From Antedon mediterranea (Eukaryota > Animalia > Echinodermata), in NCBI RefSeq assembly GCF_964355755.1, contig NC_092672.1, forward strand, positions 37,144,437 to 37,208,436: 64,000 bases of DNA, written 5' to 3'. The translations under genes and the position numbers were made by a program. Below are positions 50,201 through 61,600 of the stretch, piece by piece (position 1 is the stretch's first letter; each line of letters begins with the position of its first letter). The notes under the pieces are model-generated. The model saw only the letters and a list, made by a program, of their open reading frames with translations, was not told where the DNA came from and ran no database searches.

Positions 50201-53200
50201 GACTTTCCAAACGGCGATTTTTCGCACCGAACGTATTTTCTTGAGTTAAAGTGGTTGCATTTCAATCACCTACTTTCGATTGGCCAGTATTACACACCGT
50301 TCGCTTGTTCGTGATTTCATGTGATAACATTTCATTCGACAACTTTTCAAACGTTAGTTTTTGGCTCTGCTTACGTATATGTCAGTTGATATACTATTTT
50401 TTAATTTTCATACTTTCCATAGTCAGTTTTGTACATCATTCGCATTTACGCATGTAAAGTGTAGATATTCCACTCGACAAGTTTTAAACGGTAGTTGTTC
50501 GCACATTTATTGTTTTATTGTTAAATTGTAACTGCTGGCGCCGATTTAATATTGAGGGGCGGGGGGGTGAATGTCAACTTTACGACTGTATGACACTTAC
50601 TTAGGCCTAGGCCTACGTTACACACACAGGGAGATGTAAACTAATTTATAAATTTATTTTACATCTCCCTGGTTACACACATTATCACAAACTTAAATAA
50701 TGAAAAAAAAAACAGAATGAAATAATATAATTTAGCTTGTGGGCCTGTTACAATTAACATGTCCATTGTTCCTAAAATGTTCTCATCTTACGGTTGTGGT
50801 TGTGGTTGATTTAATATTACACACTACGGAAAAAAAACCCCTTTTTTGAGAGAGTGTAATTTCCGGACATGTAGAGATACCATATTTAAAAATGTGTACT
50901 GTTCACATTCAGTACCGAACACCTCCCCCCCCCCCCCCCAATATAAAATCGGCGCCAACAGTTACAATTTAACAATAAAAAAAAACTACCGTTTTAAAAC
51001 TTGTCGAGTGGAATATCTACACTTTACATGCGTAAATGCGAATGATGTACAAAACTGATGTATGGAAAGTATGAAAATTAAAAAATAGTATATCAATTGA
51101 TATATACGTAAGCGGAGCCAAAAGCTAACGTTTGAAAAGTTGTCGAATGAAATGTTATCACATGAAATCACGAACAAGCGAACGGTGTGTAATACTGGCC
51201 AATCGAAAGTAGGTGATTGAAATGCAACCACTTTAACTCAAGAAAATACGTTCGGTGCGAAAAATCGCTGTTTGGAAAGTCGATGCTTCAAATATCATGG
51301 TTTGAACTCACGAACGGGCGTATCGTGTGCAAAACAGTTGTTTAAACTGTTGAACAGACGAACGGTGTATAAAACAGGCAATGTATTAGAATTAGAATTC
51401 GATGAACTATAATTAAGATGCTTTGTTTGAAATGTTCATGAACAACATGAAATGTTGATAAATGAGTTGGCTAATATATACTTGTATTAACGTTAGATTG
51501 ATTCAATTATTGCTGCCTGGGCTCAACATTCTTTAGATGGTTTGTGTTATGGGTAGTTTGTTCGGCGTACTGTCGTTTGGGCTAGTGGTAGATGGTCACA
51601 CATTGTATTGGATGGTGTAGATACTAGGTGAATGGTTTAAGTTTTCATTGAACTGCATGAGATAATATTGGATGGTTTGAATTTTGTACGAATTAATTAT
51701 TGGTGGATGGTATGTATTATGTATTTTTGGCGGGTTTGGCTTTCCATAAGCAGGTCTGAATATAATTTTTAAAAGTGGTCCAGAATTGAGACCGTGGTCC
51801 GGATTTTAACCAAAATTGGGCAGTGTCGTCCTTGCACCAGGTGACATGTATGGTAGTAATTTGGAGTCATTCGAATCAAAATTGTGAGCGCTAGAGTGAT
51901 GACAAACAAACAAACACACACACACACATACACACACAAACCGCACCAATCAACATACTTGGCCAATTTTCAATTTGGCCAAGTAACAAACACACACACA
52001 AACCAAACAGATCAACACAGTGGGAAAGCCACTTCGCGTTTTGACCGTTAAATCGTGTAAAATCGACTTACTTCCGCATTGACGATTTTGAAGCGCCACC
52101 TATCGTTGAAAACTGAAACCACGATTTTTCGTCGCCTAGCAAATAAGTGCTGTTTTATTTTAAGCTCTCATGAATATTTAAGAACCGCCCAACATTACCT
52201 ATTATGGTAAAAGCATTTCCTAATAAGTATTATTGAATAACCAATCGGTTTCCTTCAAAGAAACCGAAGCTAATACAATACATTCGGCGACTGAAGTCGG
52301 GACTCGTGAAATTTATAAATGTGGTACGATTTGACTACTGTTTTGTTGTCCATTTTCTGAATAGTCGGAGGTGCATCCCAACAAATTAAAACAATTATAA
52401 TCAATTGTTTTATCAAGAATAATATTAGTTTAATCGAGTATGATATATTTCTATCCTGTTCAAAATTTGTTGGTGTATTCTCAGGCCTCGAAAGGTAGGT
52501 ACATTTTCTAGCTGTGAGCGTGGTTTCGGCAACGCGAGACACGTGTGTCAGTCATAGTTGCCATTTCTGGCATTATTATGCTTTTTGGCATTATTTGGAG
52601 GCCCACGGCATCTGGCATAATGCCGCGGCATTATTTAGCCGTTTTTAGCATAATCTGGCATAATTTTGTGTTTTTTGAACAACCAAAAAAATAATATACC
52701 ACAGAACAAAAATAAAATATTTTGTTAATACATATCACCTTACACAATATCATATCATACAAAACAGATCTGTTCGGGTTTTCCGTACAATAGTTCTTCC
52801 ATCCTTTCGTTTCGGACTTAATCGACTCTTCGGATAGGAAGGCTGCTCAAAAACTACCGTGTCTGCGATATAGGCAGCACAACAAATCCGAAGAGGCTAG
52901 CTATTGGCCAATTATGTTGCTCTATTTCAGAGACCATGCAGGTTATTGGATCCCCAGCGTAAGGGCAAAATTCGGCAAACTGCGCCTTACTTCTAGAATT
53001 TTTACTCGATGGTATATAAAGTTGGTTCGTACTTTCGGTACTGATTTTAACCACCTGATGTAACCCTGTTTACTAATTAAATTAAGTTAGATAAGTAGTT
53101 ATTGACGATTAAAACGAATTTAGGTTCAACGATTTGCCCCAAATAGGGTGTTTTCCGATCGTGGTATACACTGTCTAATGGATGTCCATCTTGAAAAATA

Positions 53201-56200
53201 CCCGCCACAAAAATGCGAGGAAGCTTCGCATTTTCCTATCTCCTCCTATGATAATTGTTTTTAATAGCTGAAAACCGGTTGAACAGCTAGAGTACAGCAT
53301 CATAATGTTGAAGACAGGCCGATTTTCTTTAAAAAATACTATTTTGATAGATTTAATATACGTTTATAGAAATGTATTGATTTTCAATGAATGGAACATT
53401 CCAAATTATTGCATACCTCCATGGTTTAACACAAGTAGGTAAATTTATAGACCCTTGGAGAATAAACAGAAATAGTATTGTAATGCTATACAATACTGCA
53501 AATAGGTATTAACCACTTTTGATCGCCATTTGAATCAAAAGTGTGTTGGTACTGTTAGATATAATATAAACAAATATACTAATAAACTTTATCACTGTGA
53601 GTGTTGGTAGCCCCTACTTTCAGATTATAAACACATAATTATATAATACTTTATTACTGTCAATTGTTTCTCAACGTTTGTATTAATTAATAATTACAAA
53701 AATATAAACGTATTAGTGGTCTTTAAATGTACTTTACTATTTCAATCGACCATGAGACAGTGACAGTTTTAATAAAGTATTAAATCGGAAATGTTTTACT
53801 CTATTTAGTGGTATATTATTTATAGGCCTATAAAAAAATATTTCGTTAATGATTGGATAATAAAGAAATATAAAGAATAAAAAAAATTGGGTTTGTTAAA
53901 ATGAGTCCAAATAACAAATTTCGACTCATTTTGTGACAAGTTTCTAGGTGCTAATTTTGGTTGACTACATAAATCATTGTGTCTATTTATTTGTTTCTGT
54001 AAACGACAATGTTTTATAGTCCTGCCGTACGTACATTTGAAACCGACAATTTTTTTACGCTGAAATGACTATGTATTCGAGAACCATCTGTGGGCACGAA
54101 CTAGATGGTACGCGAGCGAAATCTAGTAGAGACAATTGAACGAAAACATTATGAAAGGGGTTTTGTTTTTTCAGTTCATAATTATAAGCGGCCATACCCC
54201 TACCCCAACCCTTAAAATGGCAATTTCCGGTAACTAGAAGCTCTAATTTTAAAAAGAATTTCTTCTAGAGAATTTGTTTTCCATATTTCAAATTATGTTC
54301 CATTTGCATCGTCGTAGCAACCCTATATTTCCAAATTTTCTTCACCTCTCAGTGACCATGATGGGGCGAGGTCCTAGGGACTCTTATACATTGTTATTTA
54401 AAATTAAGTGCAATTTCCGGCCATCTAGCAGCTCTATTTTTCCAATTTGTTTTACCTCAGCCCCAACCATGGTGGGGCTGAGGTCCTGGAAACACTTAAT
54501 ATATATTTTTATTTCCTATTTTAAATTATAATTGGCACTTTCAAAACTATCATGGGCTAAGATCCTGGAGGTACTAATAAATATATTTTTATTTTATATT
54601 TGAAATTAAGTGCCATTTCCGGCCATTGAGCAGCTCTATATTTTTCAAATTTTCTTACCTCAGCCCCATCATGGTTGGGGCTGAGGTCCTGGAGACACAA
54701 TTAATATATATTTTGATTTCCTATTTTAAATTATAATTGCCATTTTCGAACTATGGTGGGCTAAGATCATGGAGACACTAATAAATATATTTTCATTTCA
54801 TATTTTAAATTAAGTGCCATTTCCGGCCATCTAGCAGCTCTATTTTTCCAATTTGTTTTACCTCAGCCCCAACCATGGTGGGGCTGAGGTCCTGGAAACA
54901 CTTAATATATATTTTTATTTCCTATTTTAAATTATAATTGGCACTTTCAAAACTATCATGGGCTAAGATCCTGGAGGTACTAATAAATATATTTTTATTT
55001 TATATTTGAAATTAAGTGCCATTTCCGGCCATTGAGCAGCTCTATATTTTTCAAATTTTCTTACCTCAGCCCCATCATGGTTGGGGCTGAGGTCCTGGAG
55101 ACACAATTAATATATATTTTGATTTCCTATTTTAAATTATAATTGCCATTTTCGAACTATGGTGGGCTAAGATCATGGAGACACTAATAAACATATTTTT
55201 ATTTCATATTTTAAATTAAGTGCCATTTCCGGCCATCGAGTAGCTGTATTTTTCCAAATTTTGGTTGGTGTTGGTGTCATTTGCAATTACCATTTTCGCA
55301 CCCCAGATATTTAGAAGTATTAGTTATTACTCACAAAACTAAAAATATAAATTTTGTATGACATGGGGATACAATTTTAGGCCCTATTTTGTGTCAGTTG
55401 GGGTTTACAAACGTTTATTAGACATACAACCGTTGGTGGCGCTGTTTAGGGCCACATTTTGGGGATCTGGCATTATTTTTCCCAATCTGGCATTATTTGA
55501 GACAGGATACGGCATAATTTAAATTTTATCGCTGGCAACGCTGGTGTCAGTATAGGCGATAGCGAGACGTGTGTTGTACTGTGTTGATGCTGATCCGATA
55601 GTCGTTAAGTTGTACTGATTACGAGTATCATTGGTCCTGGCCGGCCTAGCCTGGTGATCTGATCCCCCCCAAAAAATACTTTTTTTCAATCAGTATTAAT
55701 ATTATTATTTTATTTTTCATTTATTATTTGATTTATTAGGCTCAATAGGTGCCTAGCTAGGCTACTAGTAGGCCTAGATTATTATAAATAATAATAGCAA
55801 ATACTGTAATATTAATTAATAAAATACAGCTTCCATTTGACATTAAAAATTTTTTTAAATAATATTTATTATTTTTTCTGACACTTTCAGGAATCGTTGA
55901 TGATGCAGAGTTCTTTGTGACTTCAAACTGAGAGTGAACTGGATAAAAAGATGACACCGGTACCTACCGACATTGTCATACCCAAACTATAATTTAATTA
56001 TTTAAAACAAAATATTGAATTACAAATATATGTATGTTGCAGAGGATTTAGATGAATTACAATACAAATATTTATGTTGTACCTACTACACTATACTCTG
56101 TAAATTATGTTATTGTCATGTGGTAGACCTTAAAAATTGAATATTTATTGTATGTTAGGCCTATTTTATATTTTATTAATACTGTATTAGTTTAATATTA

Positions 56201-58564
56201 CTATTAATTTATATTATAGAGTACTAGTTTGTACATGTTTTTACCCAAAAAAAATGAATAAATAATTTGTTATTCAATCTAATTGCTTGTTTGTTCATCA
56301 ATAACAAAACAATTGTAAGCAAGTATATAACAGTTCTTGTTAGCCGGTTATTTCAGGTCATATTATTAATATTAGCTAGGCCCGACGCACCCGATCACAA
56401 CGTCACTAAGTGACTTTCCGCCCCTGGAACAATCGCTCGCTAATAGGGCTAGGCCTCGGACTCGTATAAAAGCTATTATAATAGTTATGATAAATATTCC
56501 TCAACTAAAATGTATACTGTGATAAATAAACAAGTAATAATATACGTTGTATTGGAATGTATTTATTTATATGAATTCTTATACGCGGACAATTATAAAC
56601 ATCGCGTATATCGTTCGCTATAAATAAATTCATAAACACGATGACGATGTGTTTACAAAATGGCGGTTTCGCTAGTTTCGATGGAACAAATAGTGGTACC
56701 TTTAGTTTGAATAGTCGGAGCTGCATCCCAACCACCGAATTTTGTATCTTAATATCGTATTCTGTAGATTATTAATTTTTCTAACAGGGATTTTAAATTC
56801 AGGACTGTTCAATTTTTCTAAATATTTTATTTTAACGATTTTCTAGGGTACAATTTCGGGAAAAAGACATTGGTTGATTTTGCCGTTAAATTACAGATTA
56901 TCGTTTTGTTCAAATACATTTAATTTTACACGATAATATATTAAAACCATTTATGAATTTATTTCACTAACAATATTTTTCCGATAATCAGCTAAATTTA
57001 CAAATATTGTGTTTTTCCAACACCCTAAAATTTAGCAATTTTGAACTAAATTAGAAAAGTAGGGCGCCCTCTCCGAGTCGAAATTTGACACGATTTGTCG
57101 ACTGGCTGTCCCACTGAACATACTTGGCCAATTTTCAATTTGGCCAAGTAACAAACACACACACAAACCGCACCAATCAACATACTTGGCCAATTTTCAA
57201 TTTGGCCAAGTAACAAACAAACATACATACATATATACATACAAACAAAGTGAAAATTCTTTTTGCAAAGTAATTAGGATCAAGTTGTAGCTGATATAGC
57301 TAGCAACATTAGTCACAATTCCTTACTTTGTATTACAAGTGTCCCATACAAATGTATGGGAGCTTTGGGGATACAAATACCTGTCTTTGGGTCTGCATAG
57401 TGTATTAGGAGATGACTTAACAAGTAATGTGAAAATGCTTGTATAAGTGACACTAAAAATAAAGTATAATGTGGTAGGCTACTACACAATCATCATTAGT
57501 GACATGAGACGTATTTTGACGTGCACGTTTTAAAACCTTTTAATACGCACGCGTAAATCTCTTAAAAATAGGATATTAAAAATAACTTACTAAATGCATT
57601 ATTGCATACTGCAATCCGTGGGTGTTTAAAAGCACATGCTGGTTGTGTATGGTCGTCTAAAAATAAACATTTAATGAACCATAATATTATTTTACATAAT
57701 TGAAATATGTTGAAGTGAGGTAACTGTATCTTTTATTTGTATTACAAAAATTAATTATATCATATAATTTTTGTTATATTTATGTTGTATATAATGTTAA
57801 AAGTAAAGTATTGCCAGGCTTGTACTACTTAAAAAAATCTTCAAATCTCGTCCCAAAACATGTATCTTGCTTAATGTATAATAGTATTATCTCTCCACAG
57901 TTTAACTACTGTAATATTGTGTGGGGCAGATCAAATAAAAAAAATACTAATAAACTACAAATGCTACAAAACAGAGCAGCCAAAATTATTACAAAAACAA
58001 GGAAATGCGACTCAAGTACACAAGCCCTGCAAAACTTAAACTGGATAAATCTTAATACTCAACTACATAATAATGAAGCCAAAATGTTATATAAAATATT
58101 CCATAATCAAGCACCACCATATCTAAACGAACTATTTACACCCAAACTAGAAACATACAATACAAGATCAAAGGATGTATTAAAATTGAATAAACCCAAA
58201 ACAGAATATAAAAAAAAAAGTTTTTCATATCATGGTGCTAGTTTATGGAATACTCTAAAAAACCAATGCAAAATGCCACAAATTTGAATACTTTCAAAAA
58301 ATTATTGGTGTGATTTATTATTTATTTTGTACTCTTATCACAAATGTAATTAAGGTTTCTGTTCATATATTTTTGTTCTCTAATTTGTTATTTTTAAAAT
58401 TTGTTATTTTTAAAATTTGTTAATTTTTAAAATTTGTTATTTTTAAAATTTGTTATTTTTTAAATTTGTTATTTTTAAATGTGTAATGTACTACTGTTAG
58501 TTGATCACGGCCTTGTAGAAGAACACCTTTATGGTGACACAAGCTTTTCCGTGTTAAAATAAAG

Positions 58565-58600
<36 letters not shown>

Positions 58601-61600
58601 GTATTTGTAGTCAATGGTAAAGATGCGACAAGAATCTACTTCTAATCTTGATCCTATCCTGTATCGCTCCATTTCTGGAGGCTTATTTGAATATTCATGG
58701 CCGTTTATTTTTAACAAAATGTTTGCTTTTCGGTTTTTTATTGTTATCATTAATACCCATTATTAAATACATGTTGTATTGATTGATTAAAACCGATCAA
58801 ACCTACCGTTAGGTATACAATATTGTTTACACTCGTTTTTTGTTGGGAATATGTTACTTGTATCCGTCATATGACAGAAACTGGTTCTAAATGGTAGACA
58901 CACGTCCCTGTCTGAATGATAATACCATTCGAATCCACCACCATCACAATCAGGAAAATGTGATATGCTGTAATGGCTAATTGGCACTGGTTGGTAGCAG
59001 CGACTGTCACAAGTGGTACTGCATTCTTGGTACGAAAAAAACCGGTTACGGTTACCGCCAGAACCTCTGTATCTAAATACTTTACAAACCTTTGCGCTAT
59101 TGTCGTAGTACCTACATAAAAAGGAAAAACACTATTTACTTTATCTTCTTCTTTTTCATAGAAACATCCAGAATAATGAACAAGAAAATGCTAGAAATCT
59201 TACTGTGAGATTTCCCACAATTTTCTATGTATACAAATAATCATAATTAAAGCTGTATTGTCCCCAAAACATGAAAAATAAAGATGAATAAAATCAAACT
59301 TTATAGACAATTTTGTTAAAAAAAATGTATTCACTAAAAAAAATGTGATTTTTAAAACCTAAGTGAAAAATGATCCGTTTGTTACAGACCTAAATGTACA
59401 TAATGTGTCTAATTTATGACCAGTACAAAAATGTAACACATACCATCTACTGTATATATATTGTCCATAACCATAATCTCGTGGTAGTGCGCATACTAAA
59501 CGAAAAGAATATTAGGAAGTCAATTTTAATGTTTATTTTCAGAACATTACATTATTCACACAATCCTTCACCAAAGCAGTGACGCTGATAGACCACAGTC
59601 ATAAACTTAACCCAGCAGGAATCTCGAATTTTAAGGCAAGCATGGTGACACACCATCCAGTAATTCTTTGATATATCAATCAATCAATGTATTGAAAATA
59701 TTAAACAAATTTTTCATTTTTGTTTGTTTGATATTGGAATAATTGCCTCAGCAACGTATTGGCGTTTTGTTTAAACATTGTACAGTAACAAGATCGCTAA
59801 AAATAGTAACATTTAATAATTGTACCGTACTTTACCTTCCTTATTAGTATCGGATTCTGTAGTAGGCCTATCAGTACCTGAACGAAAATAATGTTTGTTT
59901 AGTGTTTTTAATGTATTTCCATGCTGTGGTGATATTTATGTCACCTTTTTTATATTTTTAGAATTAAATAAAATATTCAAATATTTCCTGTGCATTTCAA
60001 TGTTATCCTTGTCTTAATTATAACTTCCATATTGAATGAATCTGAGTATCGGTCGTATGTTTCCCCTAAAGTTTTAAAGCATAAATCATGAATAATATGG
60101 GGTTTATCAAACCAGAAAACTAAACACGTATACCTATATCTAGTTTTGGTTGTTAATATACTTTATTAATTATTTATATCTTACATTATCAATGGGCCCC
60201 TCAATACAAGTCTGCTGCTAAGTATTACAATATTTAAAAATGAAGTACTACTGTATTTAGTTGTTTAAGCCGTATTGTAATTTTCTATTTTACTTTTTTC
60301 ACTTGAGAAACATAATGAACATGCGCAGTTTCGACTCGAAGTTTATGGAGTGCCAAAAGGTAATGAAGTGACGATATCAGATCATAATAATAATGATAAA
60401 TGATGTCACTGTCATGTTTCTTTTTATTTGTGCGAATTAGTATTGAAATTATAAAACACATTAAAACGGAAATGAGCGAGACTGATAATTGTGTACAGAC
60501 ACCACGTGTTCACCACAGACTGCTCTCTGTGGCTGACCAGCAGGCACCAGTTGAATTGATTGTGGATCACACATAGTCAATATAAATGGTTGTTGTTTAA
60601 TAACAAAAACATGATTATATTGATTAAGATAATGAACTTTATTTAAAATGTATCTTTTGCTTACCTCTATCTGGTGTAGGCATTGGAAAAGCAAAAGGCC
60701 CGCCTATAGTTGATAAAATAAAAGTAAATTTAGATTTATAATATAGGCTTAATATGTTTATAATTCATTACTATCATTGAGACCTTCCGACTCATCTTTC
60801 TTTGAATTTAAGTCACTTTTCAAAGTAATTTTGTAACACAACAAACGGACATGCTATTTGTTCTCATGAGTTATTGTTTAAACATTGTAATAGGAGTTCG
60901 AAATAATTGAAAATAGTAGCCTATAAATAGTTATATTGTACTTTACCTTCCTTATTGGCAGATTCTGTAGTAGGCCTGGTACCTGAAAGAAATAATGAAG
61001 TAACCAAGTTTTCTGCTGTTATTTTATTTATATACATATATATATATTATTTTAAGTGATGTTTTATTGGGGAGGTGAGTTCCGGGCGTTTATTCAAATA
61101 AATACCATCCTAATTGGTATAATTAACACATTATTCCGCGACACAGTGGGCCGTTTTGGCCAACGATGGAAAACGTTTGAAACCAGGAAGTTGCAAGGTG
61201 AACCTGTGGACTCACCGTGAACCAGGAAATTACTTATTACTGCACGGACGGTTGAAAATCTACCGATGAAATAAGACATTTTGTTTCAAAACCCTTTATA
61301 ATATCTTCCTAAGATAGAAATATGGAAAAATATCGTAATAGTGGAAACTAATGTTATCAAAAATCTAAGTTTCGCGGTACATCTGAGATAGATAAGGTAG
61401 GTATCTAAGGCGGAGATTTGTCCCTTAGTTTTTCAATTGTGCTCGCCCATGTGTTCTTCTACACAGCCATATTTTTCCTGGTAAACTGAAAATCATAACA
61501 GCTACGCAAGTGACAATAACAGGGACGTAGAGTAAACAGAATGATGTTGAATCATGTTTAACCTACCACAGTTTTTTGTTGCTGGTCCAACATTACATAA

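Larger units (their letters stand above)
52018..57116. mobile_element. Non-autonomous TIR element inserted in a HINE-like repeat
   Basis: 13-bp TIRs CAGTGGGAAAGCC / GGCTGTCCCACTG, with AACA on both flanks. An internal GGAGCTGCATCCCA-type motif is also seen at ~461-474. Confidence 0.6.

Noticed and set aside
50251-51231. Two nearly identical ORFs on opposite strands (MVAFQSPTFDW...)
   Set aside because: They are mirror images from the foldback arms, with no coding signature.
52016-52022. CACAGTG RSS-like heptamer suggesting a Transib/ProtoRAG element
   Set aside because: The other end reads CACTGAA rather than CACTGTG, with no 5-bp TSD, nonamer or RAG-like coding sequence seen.
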